64,000 nt of DNA. Source: Eledone cirrhosa (Eukaryota). The position numbers were made by a program, and so were the translations under genes. The stretch covers positions 41,540,001-41,604,000 of the forward strand of contig OZ024744.1 in NCBI GenBank assembly GCA_964016885.1. Direction: 5' to 3'. The notes under the pieces were generated by a model that ran no database searches, was not told where the DNA came from, and worked only from the letters and a program-made list of their open reading frames with translations. This document shows positions 24,350 through 36,497 of the stretch, one piece after another. Within the stretch, counting starts at the first letter, position 1. Each line of letters opens with the position of its first letter.

Positions 24350-26443
24350 TAACCTGTTCTTACAGGATCACTGTGCTACCAACAACATCATAACACCAGA
24401 GCAGGCTGGTGGAAAGAGGGAGGTGTGGTGTTGCATAGATCACCTACTAACTAATAAAATGATTCAAGAAAAAAACAACAAAGAATCGCAGAAACATGAC
24501 TGTGGTGTGGCTGGACTATCAAAAAGCATTTGATAGTGTACCTCATGGGTGGATTGTTAAGGCTTTACAGTTAGCCAAAGTCACACAACCACTGGTAGCT
24601 GCTGTTGAACGTCTGACCAAGAACTGGTACTTCAATTTGATCCTTAGAGGTGAGAAGGAGCAGGTTAAGGCTGATAAGATACATTACCAGAAGGGCATCT
24701 TTCAGGGTGATAGCTTGTCAGTGCTACTCTTCGTTCTCTCACTAAATCCACTATCTTACCTATTCAGGAAAAAAGGTGGACAAAGAAGTGGGTCCAGAAA
24801 TATCTCCCATCTTTTCTTTGTTGATGACCTGAAGTAGTATGGGCCAAATATCAATGACATCAAGAAACAATTGGACCTCATTACACAATTTTCAACAGAC
24901 ATCAAAATTAAATTTTCTGAGTCCAAGTGTGCATATTTGGCAGTAAAACGTGGAAGAGCTGTGCCCTCCTCTAGAAATCTAGAGATGAACGGCCTGACAA
25001 TACAACCTCTACAGTCAGGTGACAACTACATATATCTTGGACAGGATGAGAATGTCAGATATGATGGATCCATAAATAAGGAGAGAACCAGAACTGAATA
25101 CCTCAGAAGAGTAAAGAAAATATGGTCATCAGAACTGTCAGCGTACAACAAATACATTGCCCACAATACTTATGCTGTGGCAATTCTAACGCCAACAATT
25201 GGCCTGCTGAACTGGTCATTGCAAGAACTAAGTGAGATGGATGTTAGAACTTGCAAACTTCTCAGTGTTACTGGGAACTTTAACATCAATGGTGATGTGG
25301 ATAGGCTATACTTCTCATGCAAGGAAGGTGGCCAGGGTCTAAAATCCATATTAACATCATATGAGACCCGGATAGTAACACTGAAACAACATCTTCAGCA
25401 AGGAAAAAGGTTGGCAACCATCTTGCCCAGGTTTATGAGCATGAAAAAAAAAAAATCATTAGGATAGCCACTGATCTGGAGGAGAGATATAGAATAAAGC
25501 CTGATATAAATCTCTCACCCAGATAAATCGGAAGATCCTATTCAATGTTCAAACAAGATGAAAAAATTGACCAATTTACAGAAAAAGTTGTGCATGGATA
25601 CTTGAGACATAAAACACAGACCATAGAGGGGATAAACCACTCAAAAATCCTGGCATGGAGTTCCGACAAGTTTATGACATCACACCTTGAGGGATATCTC
25701 TATGCAATACAAGAACAAGAACTCCCTACCAAATATCTGCTGCATAAAAGAGGAGGGCCATCAGCTGACAATAAATGTAGGCTATGTAAAACAAAGATCA
25801 AAGATGTAAAACAAAGATCAACATTATTGCCAGCTGCGAAAGAATGTCATCTCGCTACTACTTCCCCATGAGACACAATGGGATAGCTAGAACCATCTGG
25901 AGTGCACTGAGGAAAACAAAATTAACAACAAATGAGGAAGAATATATTGAGACAGATGGCACTAAGGAATACTGGTGGAACCTGAAAATAAAAACTGCCA
26001 CCAAATTAAAGCACAACCGGCCTGATATTGTTGTTTGGGATCACACATTGAAAACGTGGTCTGTTGTGGAGATCAGCTGCCCACTTGATGTAAACGTTGT
26101 CAGAAAAATACAGGAGAAGGAGGACATCTATGGACCATTGATGAGGAGTTTACAAATCCAGTATCCAAGATACACCTTTAGCTTCTTACCCATCATTATT
26201 GGAGCTACGGGTTATATACCAACCCGCTTGGACCAAAGTATGACTGAACTTGGGTTTGCGAACAAAGAGTGCAGCTCCCTAATACATAGTCTACAAATGG
26301 CTGCGATAGCTGGCACCTTCAAAATTTGCAAAACATTCTTGCGATTCAAGGGATAACAATTTCTTTTCTTTTACAACCTTGCCAACAGGAAGGTGGCCGG
26401 TCAAAAAATATACTCGAAATTAAGAGAAAGAGATAACATACAA

Positions 26444-26445
<2 letters not shown>
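24350..26445 (+). mobile_element. R4/Dong-like LINE, 5'-truncated, frameshifted RT plus zinc knuckle and restriction-like endonuclease
   Basis: Peptides WLDYQKAFDSVPH, GIFQGDSLS, HLFFVDDLK, YLG, CRLC, MRHN, HNRPDIVVWD, VEISCP and PIIIGATG. Confidence 0.92.
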
Positions 26446-26514
<69 letters not shown>

Positions 26515-27277
26515 TACGTACATACATATATATATACATATATATATACATACATACATATATATATATATACTGTATATATATATATACTGTGTAAATA
26601 TGTTTGTGTATACATGTGTGTGTTAGTGTGTGTATCTATGTATATATGTATAGAAGAACATTATTTGTTATAGAGGAAAGCAGAATTTGGCTGTCAGATT
26701 CACTTAATTCACATTATTGAAATATTAAATACTGCAGACTATATTCTTTCTTCATGGAGCTCAGCAGTGCTAATCTGTTTATTTAATAAAAGTCTGCTTC
26801 TATTTGTAAATAAGATCAGATTAAGATTATGATAAAGATCTATTTCCTTTTTTTTTTTTTTTAAATCTTTCTTATTCTGTTTATTCTGTTACTGGTTTCT
26901 ATTTGCTTCACTGAGGCCAAACTGGGGCAACATCTTCAAGTGTCTTTTTAGCTGTTTGTTTTGTTTATTTTTTGTTTTTTTGTGAATACAGTAGTTCTAT
27001 TTCAGTGTTGACATTTCTTTTCATCGATCTTCATGTATTGAATTTCCCTTGTTTCTTACTTTTTTTATGCAAAACAAAAAAAGTAACTGATGACAACCAT
27101 GATGATAATCATGACAATGATGTTGATAAATTGTTATACATAAAATGGAGAAATTCACTCTTGCTAGCTATCTCTTTCCACACACATCTATATAATTATG
27201 AATATATGTATATATATATTTCTCTCTCACTCTCTCTTTATATATATATATATATTTCTTTTTTTTTTGCAACGATC

Positions 27278-27482
27278 GACTTTCATCAAATCGGAGCAAG
27301 GAAACATTGTTTCCATTGGTCTTTCCAATTGCTAATACTATTTATCGGTCACAACTCCAGGTAGAAGGAGCAACGGGGAATAAAGTGTCTTGCTCAAGGA
27401 CATAACGCATCGCCCGGTTCTGGAATCGAACTCACAACCTCCCGATTGCGAATACAATTCTCTAACCACTCAGCCATATGCC
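27278..27482 (-). mobile_element. CORE-type tRNA SINE with a different A-rich tail
   Basis: Minus strand tggctgagtggttaga (A box), gagttcgattcc (B box), gtccttgagcaagacact. Confidence 0.8.
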
Positions 27483-27649
27483 TTTATATATATACATATA
27501 TATATGAAAATTAGAATTGGTGCTCTGAAATAGCGATGTATATATGAATGTATATATAGCGTATTTGGTAATACACTGTATGCTTAATTAAAAGCATTTT
27601 GAAGACCTTACGCTATTGTTTTAAAGAAGTGACTATGTCACTTACTTCT

Positions 27650-27743
27650 TTTTTCAACAAACAAAGGGAGATAAGCTGACAGATCTCTGTTTCATACTGT
27701 TGGTATTCCTCAGAGCTTAGCACTCCCCTTGTTTGTTGAAAAA
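27650..27743 (-). ncRNA. Type I hammerhead ribozyme, canonical core, extended stem I
   Basis: Minus strand UAAGCU-CUGAGGA-AUAC(CAACA)GUAU-GAAA-CAG(AGAU)CUG-UC-AGCUUA with a GUC cleavage triplet; stem I continues about 20 bp beyond a UGC/U internal loop. Confidence 0.9.
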
Positions 27744-28019
27744 TTATGAATGTTGGATTCTTATAGAATTTGAGTAATAATCAGATACGGATTATATGCC
27801 ATATGTTTATATACATACATATGTTTATATATATATGAATACATATATATGTATAGTAATAATAAATGTATGTGTATATATATATCATCATCATCATCAT
27901 CATCATCATTTTACGTCCGCTTTTCCCTGCTTACAATATATATGTGTGTGTGTGTATGTGTATATATATATATAGGCAGGGAAAGCAGACGTAAAATGAT
28001 GATGATGATGATGATGATG

Positions 28020-28140
28020 TCCATTCTGAGTTCAAATCCCGCTTAACTTTGCCTTTCATCCTTACGGGGTCGATAAAATAAAGTACCAGTAATATACTGA
28101 AATAATTGCTGGCCTTGTGCGAAAAGTAGAAACAATTATA
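28020..28140 (+). mobile_element. Meta-type SINE, 5'-truncated (similar partial copies at 30430-30552 on minus and 33385-33500 on plus)
   Basis: B box, Meta-like core and ggccttgtgc..aaagtagaaac tail. Confidence 0.8.
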
Positions 28141-28867
28141 CATATATATTTAATTTATTGGAAATCCAACAAATATAGATGTTTATAACTAATTCAGAGC
28201 ACTCGACAGATTTCTGGAGTAAGTATTCAATGGTATTAAATAAATGGAAACTATATTTATACAACCATGTATATATATATATGTAACTACCTGTTTATTT
28301 ACATAAAATCAACATCCCTAGTAACTTATATTATGAACAACCACCTAATTATTTTTTTAATTTATTTATAAATCAACATCCCTCGTAACTCATATTATAA
28401 ACAAACTATCCTTTAATAAAAGAAAAACATATGCTATTATTAAAATATATATAGATATTTATATATTATTATAATAAGATAAATAATTCTCCATATAAAT
28501 ATAGACAAATGTCTGAATATATTTCCCCTAAATTAACGTTTAAGTGGTCTTCCTTTTCCTTCTTCTTAGCTTCCTTCTTCTTTAACAATTTGTATTTGAT
28601 AATTTATATAGCTGCGTTAAATTAACAATATTCTGAAAACATTCTCAATGTTGAAAAATTTTTGAATCCACAAATTATTCTAATCTCACCACTTGAAAAT
28701 AAAATTTCAACATCCTTCGTAACTCATATTTGATATATAAACAATCAATACATATGCAACTTATTAATATATATAGAGATATTTATATACATTTAACCTA
28801 TCCTAATGTAATAAGATAAAAATACTTACAACCATAAGTCTTAATATAATTTATATACAATATTATT

Positions 28868-29157
28868 GGAGGCACATGGCTTAGTGGTTAGAGCATTGGC
28901 CTTGCAATCGAAAGGTTAGGAGTTCAATTCTCAGACCGGGTGATGTGTTGTTTCCTTGAGCAAGACACTTTATTTCACATTGCTCCAGTTTACTCAGCTG
29001 CAAAGTGGTCGTGGAGGTGCCACGGCAAAAAAGCACCCAGCACTCACTGTAAATGAGGTTGGTGTTAGGAAGGGCATCCAGCTGTAGAAATCAAGCCAGA
29101 ATCAGTTCCCATCCCACCCTTGCAAGCAGGGAAAGTGGACGTAAAATGAAATGAAAA
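28868..29157 (+). mobile_element. CORE-type tRNA SINE with an internal deletion
   Basis: Same family as 15788; lacks the segment between cagctg and caaagtgg. Confidence 0.9.
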
Positions 29158-29427
29158 ATTATAACTCATAATATAGGCAACAAATTTTCCCCCAAATTAA
29201 CGTTATTCCTCTCTCTTTCTCTTCTTTCCTTATCATAATTATTTAAATTTTCCATAGCGTCTAAAATAATGTTTTTTCAGCCCTTTAATATAAACATCAT
29301 TTGCATACTCATATTAATAATTTTAAATATCTGACTTTTCTTCTCTCCTCCCGTCACTTTCCAGGGATAACTTGAACCGTTAAGGTATATTATCCTTGGT
29401 CATGTCAAATATTTATATAACATGTTG

Positions 29428-29489
29428 TATTTAATCTGACGATAGCGAACCAAAATTTTTGGTACCCTTGAAATATATATAATAGAATA
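29428..29489 (+). ncRNA. Minimal type I hammerhead motif
   Basis: UAUUUAAU-CUGACGA-uagcgaACCAAA..UUUGGUacccuu-GAAA-UAUAUA-UA-AUAGAAUA, overlapping AAUAAA. Confidence 0.6.
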
Positions 29490-29624
29490 AATATGGTTTT
29501 ATAAATATAGTTTCCATTTATTTAATACCATTGAATACTTACTCCAGAAACTGTTGAGTGCTCTGAATCAGTTATAAACATCTATATTTGTTGGATTTCC
29601 AACAAATTAAATATCTCTTCTAAA

Positions 29625-29685
<61 letters not shown>

Positions 29686-29687
<2 letters not shown>

Positions 29688-30418
29688 GGGTATATATTTG
29701 TTCGTAATTTTCAACTGCTAATTTTATGCCAATTTTTTTTACTTCCATTGTCACTCTTGTCTTCATAAAAACAGTGACTATATTTCCATTATCTATTTTC
29801 AGAATAATTGATTATGAATAATTTTGAACCTCCAAATTTGTGGAAGAGATATGAGTTCTGCTTGGAATCCGCGCCGGGAGGACAAATAAGGACCAGAAGA
29901 TCAACAGGTGGCTCGCCGTCTCATCCAAAGACGTGCCCAGAGTCATGCAGACGAAGTTTCCAGCGACAACATTGGTCTTAGGTGTCGTCAGCAGCCAAGG
30001 CGACGTAATTCCACCTCACTTCTTCCCCGAGGGCCTCAAGCTGAACACCGATGGCTAGATCCGCATTTTGAGCGAGGTAGTATAGCTCTGGATCGACCAG
30101 GTAGCGACTTGTTTGTGTGGGGCGCAGTGGAACGAGACACCAACAGATCTAGCTGCAATACGAAAGACAATCTGAAGGCCAGGATCACAACTGCCTTTAG
30201 GGGCCTAAGTCGGGGGACAGTGACGAAGGCATGTAGCCTGTTCCGAGGCCACCTTGAGGCCGTCATCAAAGCCAATGGCAGGTTTATCGAGTGTGATCAA
30301 AAGAACAGGTCATGAAGACAAACTGACCCAAGTTTGATAAATATATCTTAAAAAATAAAACTACTGTGTTATTTTTTCCTAGACAATAATCTTGCGAACA
30401 AATATCGTCCGTACCCTG
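29686..30418 (+). mobile_element. Internally deleted copy of the DD37D maT transposon
   Basis: Colinear with 16513-17800 apart from deletions; cagggta...taccctg ends with TA flanks. Confidence 0.9.
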
Positions 30419-30630
30419 TATATATATATAATTGTTTCTAATTTTGGCACAAGGCCAGCAATTAACCAGTACATTACTGGTACTTTATTTTATCGACCCC
30501 ATAAGGATGAAAGGCAAAGTTGACCTCGGCGGGATTTGAAATCAGAATGGACATCATCATCATCATCATCATTTTACGTCCGCTTTCTCTGCTTGCAAAT
30601 ATAAAATATTTATATATATGTATATGTAAA

Positions 30631-30672
<42 letters not shown>

Positions 30673-32754
30673 CACACACACACATATGTCCCACCCTTGT
30701 AAGCAGGGAAAAGTGGACGTAAAATGATGATGATGATGATATATATATATACACATACAGTTATTATTACTATACATATATATGTATTCATATGTATATA
30801 AACATATGTATGTATATAAACATATGTATGTATATAAAAGTATGTATGTATCAATGATGCATTACAGACTAAGTATTTGACTATGTGGTTGCAGCAAGAA
30901 CACTGTACATATTTTACGTTTGCATATTTTATGTGTAAGTGAAACATGAAATATTGATTTTTCTGGAGATATCATAAATATGTCACCTCTACTGTATCAT
31001 ATTCATGTCTGAGACACTTAACAAGTTATCAGTATGTCAACATCATCACCACCTTTGTTAAAGCTGCTATTTAACCCTTGGTCAGCCTTAATTGAGTAGA
31101 CCAGTAATTTTAGGTTATTTCAACTATAATGAAGGGCAATGCCTAGTGCTTAAATGTGCTGGATTCATGATCATAAGATCGTAGATTCTATTCCCTAATT
31201 GGGCAATATAATGTGATCTTGGGCAAGATTCTTCATTTCATTTTGCTTTTCCTGACAGGCCTGGAGCCCTTATCATTAAAACATCTAAGAAACCTCTTAT
31301 GAGACGTAACTCCACAGAAGGCTAGCTAAACCTATTTAAATGTGAGCTGTAACAAGATATACTGAGGTCCTGTTGACTGACTGCCATGTATATTTTACCC
31401 AGCTACAGTCGCTGTGCCGGTTTTTCCACAGTAAAATTACTATTTTGTTAAACAAACATATATTAACAACATATATCTGATTGACAAATGGCACACCAAT
31501 AAACTAGTAACCCCATCTAGCTTTGAAGTTATGAACAAAAAGAGTTCAAACATATTAGGACAAGTTATCTCGTCTATGACTCTGAAGAGATTAAAAAGCC
31601 TGAGAAACCTTGAAATACGGAATGAAAGAGTTAACATTTTTATATCTATCTAAAAACCTTCCATCATAATTCTATGTAAAATTTATGTTCCAAACACCAG
31701 CTTAATAATGAGGAAGTTAGGTATATCAGTTATATTACTAAATATCGTCAAATTCTTGATTATTTTCAAAATAATTTGAAAATTATAGGCAGTGTCTTTC
31801 ATTAGAATATGGTATCGAATGGGTTAATCTTTTTAATAAACAGCTCATAGACTGATAAAACAGTCCATTTTAACGGGTTTATATCTGAATTAAAACTTTC
31901 CATCATAATGTATATATATATATATATATACATAACCTAAATCCAACCTGATTCTATGGCACAAAACTAAAATTACTCAACAACAAGAACAACAACCATC
32001 ACGACAGTAACTATAATAACAACAACAACCACTCAACATTAAGACACCCAATAAATAACATAAACACTACCCAATAAACAATGTAAAATGCACATAATCC
32101 ACATTCTACACAACCAACATACAGATCATTAAAGTGTGAATAGAGACAACAAACTAATCTCTAGTCCGTCTGATGGACTGAGATGGTCTTAGATTCTCCT
32201 TGTGAAACATGTGTATTCAGATAATGTATCGTTAATGTAATAAAATATTTTATATAACACAACTTATTCCCTGGAATAAGTGATCTACCTACATCATTAT
32301 ATATTATGAAATTCAACAACACTATATCTACATCTATCTATATATATCTATATATATCTATATATATCTATCTATCTATATATATCTATATATATCTATC
32401 TATCTATATATATCTCTATCTATCTATCTATTTTTGGAACGGATAAATGAACACTGGCGAGACCTTCTGTACTCTACCAACATGCTAAGATAGAACACAA
32501 GGGTAAATTAGAGAACATAGAAATAAAAATAGAATCCACACACAGAAAAGATGCAATGTTTAGGCAAATTACAGAGGCAGTAAGCATAAAAGAATTACAA
32601 CCAAAATTAAATAGAAAATATGAGTGGAACAGCAACATCACAACTTACAATTAAGGACAAAATGAAAACACACACACACATAGAACAAACAACCAACAAA
32701 CAACATGTAAATAAATAAACAAATAGATAAATGAACACAAACACACACAGACAC

Positions 32755-32774
32755 CCGGAAGTGGCGCATGCGCA
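32755..32774 (+). promoter_or_regulatory. Adjacent ETS-type (CCGGAAGT) and NRF1-type (GCGCATGCGC) motifs in the Penelope pseudo-LTR
   Basis: ccggaagtggcgcatgcgca in otherwise CpG-poor A/C-rich sequence. Confidence 0.5.
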
Positions 32775-32858
32775 AACTGAGCACACAACACACACACAGA
32801 AACAAAATGGCATAGGACAGAAGAAAGGAAAGGCACAGAAACAAAGAAAGGAATCCCC

Positions 32859-32903
32859 AGTCACTGAAGAGGTCACAGAGTGTGTGACGAAAGGACTATG
32901 ACT
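32859..32903 (+). ncRNA. Minimal type I hammerhead ribozyme of the Penelope pseudo-LTR
   Basis: AGUCA-CUGAAGA-gGUCACA(GAGUG)UGUGAC-GAAA-GGAC-UA-UGACU: perfect stems I and II, vestigial stem III. Confidence 0.8.
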
Positions 32904-33053
32904 ATATATAAACAACTATCTGGTTGTGGAACCAACCAACCAACCAGAAATTTATAAGTTTGTAGATTTGTAAATTTATAAATATATAATAAATTGAAGT
33001 GAAAGCAACTGGTGCGTGTGTTTCTTATTAGCAACATGACCCTCCCAAAGTAT

Positions 33054-33093
<40 letters not shown>

Positions 33094-33225
33094 GCATATA
33101 TATTTACATATACATATATATAAATATATATATATATACATATATATATATATGCATATATATATATGCATATATATATACATACATATATATATACATA
33201 TATACATACATATATATATATACGC

Positions 33226-33256
<31 letters not shown>

Positions 33257-33892
33257 TATATATATATATATATATATACATACACACACACATATATATA
33301 TATACATAGACACACACACACACACACACATATATATGTATATATATACATATATGATGGCTGCCCCTTCGTTATCGAGTATGGCCATTCAAATCCCGCC
33401 TAGGTTAACTTTGCCTTTCATCCTTACAGGGTCGATAAAATAAAGTACCAGTAATGCACTGGGATAATTGCTGGCCTTGTGCCAAAAGTAGAAACTATTA
33501 TTAATAATTATTAATTAATTCTATCGTGCAATGCCTGTGCGTGAAGATATTTTTTAAAGTGAGGAAAGACTGTGCACTATATATATACATATATACATCA
33601 TTTATTTCATCATTTCATTTCACGTCCCCCTTTCCTTGCTTGCAAGGGTGGGACGGGAACTGATTCTGGGTTGATTTCTACAGAGCCGAAATACAATATA
33701 AATGACAATCAAAGAATGTTTAAAGCACTCTTTGATTGTCATTTACATTATATATATATACATATATATATAACCCATGCAAGCGTGGAAGATGGACGTT
33801 AAATGAAGATGATGATGATGATGATATCATTATCATCATTATCATTGAATGTCCATTTTCCATGCTAGCATAAGTTAGAGAGGTTGTCCTAT

Positions 33893-34245
33893 TTAACCCT
33901 TTAGCATTAAAACCAACCATATCTGGCCAGAATTGTTTCACCTCTTTCTTTCAAACCAGCCATAACTGGCCACTCGTACTGATGTTAAGGTATTGTTCTC
34001 AAAATAAATAATATCAAAAATTTATAGATTCAATATTATGTGAAATAAAGCTATTACAGTGAAAATACAATAGTATATATAGAGAAATGTAAATGTTATG
34101 TGAGATATTATGTGAGGTAAAGCTATTACAGTAAAAATACAATAGTATATATAGAGAAATGTACATGTTATGTGAGATATTATGTGAGATAAAACTATTA
34201 CAGTAAAAATACAATAGTATATATAGAGTAATGTAAATGTTAAGG
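33893..34245 (+). mobile_element. TTAA-type (piggyBac-like) MITE, family 1, with a triplicated 72-bp internal unit
   Basis: Starts ttaaccctttagca; units begin at 34034, 34106 and 34178; homologous to 59348-59555. Confidence 0.65.
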
Positions 34246-34674
34246 CAAGTTGGATCAGGTGACCATGTCTGGCTCATACACAACTGTTTCTATGATACAC
34301 AACTGTTTCTATGATACAAAACTGTTTATGTAAAGTACTCACACTTATCTAAATATCTTTCATGTAAGAACGAATATTTAATTACATTCCAAACACCTTG
34401 ATGGTGAGGACATTAGTTATTTTACTAAATCCCTCCAAATTCTTGATTAATTTCATCATTATTTGAAACATAATATGGACAATGTGTTTCATAGTGAAAG
34501 GATTAAAGGGCAACAATGCACACCTCTCCTGTGGTACATGAAGGGGTTCATTAAGAAAGTCATATGAAAGTGTCGAAAATATGGTGATAATGATGGCAAT
34601 GGTGAAGATGATGATGATGATGGAGGTGATTGCTGTGACGACAATGGTGGTGGTGGTGTTGGTAATGGTGGTGG

Positions 34675-34705
<31 letters not shown>

Positions 34706-34976
34706 GGGGTGGTGATTGCTGGCACTGATTGTTGCTCTTCAACCTGATGGTACAAAAGGAAAGAGAAGTAATAGAAATAAACAAGAAACTACATACATAT
34801 ATAAACATACATATATACACACACATACGTACGTAGTTACATACATACATACACACACATATATACATACATACACACATACATAGACATGGACATACAT
34901 ACATATATACATAGTTACACACATACATACATACACACATACATACACTCATACATACATACATACATACATACAT

Positions 34977-35235
34977 ACTGGGGTATGTTAGTAACTGCCT
35001 CAATACAAATCTTGAGAAGCTAGGCTTCACAGGAACAGAAAGAACACAACTAGTTAGGAAACTACAAGTACAATCCATTAATGGAACAGTAAAATATATG
35101 TAAAACATTCCAAAAATTCTGCATCTAATAACTGCATATACACATGTACAGATACAAAGCATAGGCACATACACACATAACTCAAAGCATACACATCCAT
35201 ACCTTGCACACACACATGCATGTAGACATACATAC
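34977..35235 (+). mobile_element. R4/Dong-like 3' fragment
   Basis: Near identity to 5075-5280; preceded by (TACA)n. Confidence 0.85.
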
Positions 35236-35355
35236 ATATCTACCTAGTTGATGTTGTGTAAATTCCAATGAGAGAGTCTTGTGTCTATGTTAGAAACCGA
35301 CTCTTTCTCTATTTGGTAAACATTTGTGAAATTATAAAACCAGAAGAGCATACAT

Positions 35356-35755
35356 ACATGGTGGTGGCTGCCAACTCGTTTTCGAGTACGGCCACTACTT
35401 TATATCCATGTAGGAGAACCCCTACTGATGCGCTGAACGAGTGTGACTTTTTAGTCCAGCCAGGGACTTGAAAACTCTGGTACAAACACTACACTTGTGA
35501 CAATTATTGACACATAGTGCTGGGCCCATGGTACCATGTGACGACAAGTGCAGAGAGATCTCCAAATATAAAGCAATGCCTGTGCCATTAAGCTTTTATA
35601 GTGAGCAAAGGCACTGCACAAAGCCAGTCCCACTCTCTTAACCAAGATGATATTTACCAAAAAGAAGAACAAGTCAACATCATTGGATACCATCAGGGTT
35701 GCAGGTGTTATATCAGAGTTTTCCTTCTCCTAGAATTCTGCCTTGACAAAGGCTC
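35356..35755 (-). mobile_element. Truncated copy of the bipartite RTE-type element
   Basis: Near identity to 23669-24062. Confidence 0.85.
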
Positions 35756-36047
35756 TCTCCATCTCATACATACATATATACGTAGTTACAGACATACACA
35801 CATATACACATAATTACATACATATACACATATACACATACATAGTTGAATTTGTAGTAAAGAATTGTGATATATGTGATATGATTGTGGAGGTCATAGA
35901 GTGGAAAAGGTTTGGAATAAAATGGTCTACAGAAGTGTCTCTATAAATCAAATGAAATAGACTGTCAGAGATCAACATAAAGGTTATATCGATGAAATGT
36001 GCAATAGAAGGTAGAAATCTCTTAAATCATGTCAGTTGTTGGTGGAA

Positions 36048-36101
<54 letters not shown>

Positions 36102-36310
36102 AATGATGATGATGATGGTGGTGGTGGTGATGATACAAAGATGGCTATGATGATGATGATGGTGGTGATGATAATAGAGATGTCCTCTTAAGGGCTAAAG
36201 TAGACAAGTGGTTTAACAGATAGAAGGTCAGGAAGGAGAAATGCCACAAAGACATTTTATAAGTCAAAATAATAATAATAATGGTTTCTAATAATAATAA
36301 TAATAATAAT

Positions 36311-36497
36311 AATTGTTTCTACTTTAGGTACAAGGCCAGCAAATTACCCAGTGCATTACTGATACTTTATTTTTATCGACCCCGTAAGGATGAAAGGTAA
36401 AGTCAACCTCGGCGGGATTTGAACTCAGATCGTAAAGGGACGTAACTATGCTGGAAAGCATGGCGTCCGACCCTCTACCGATACTGCCAATCCACCG
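36311..36497 (-). mobile_element. Meta-type SINE
   Basis: Reverse complement of 6381-6571. Confidence 0.85.

Larger units (their letters stand above)
28146..29625 (+). mobile_element. Penelope-like non-autonomous element with ~120-bp inverted arms and a hammerhead motif, interrupted by a SINE
   Basis: 28146-28268 is inverted at 29493-29614; hammerhead motif immediately upstream of the right arm; diverged internal duplication. Confidence 0.65.
32432..33060 (+). mobile_element. Penelope-like element 3' end: GIY-YIG endonuclease C-terminus plus pseudo-LTR
   Basis: Frameshifted peptide LERINEHWRD / LYQHAKIEHKG...KDAMFRQITEAVSIKELQPKLNRKYEWN*; A/C-rich UTR, hammerhead, AATAAA, ending in (TA)n. 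Confidence 0.8.

Noticed and set aside
32165-32222. Hammerhead-like CTGATGG...GAAACATGTGTA after an A/C-rich tract
   Set aside because: Core is mutated and stem I does not pair; possibly a relic but not supportable
34034-34245. CRISPR-like or regularly spaced repeat (also 45030-45190 and 39418-39948)
   Set aside because: Head-to-tail tandem duplications without unique spacers; eukaryotic context and no cas genes
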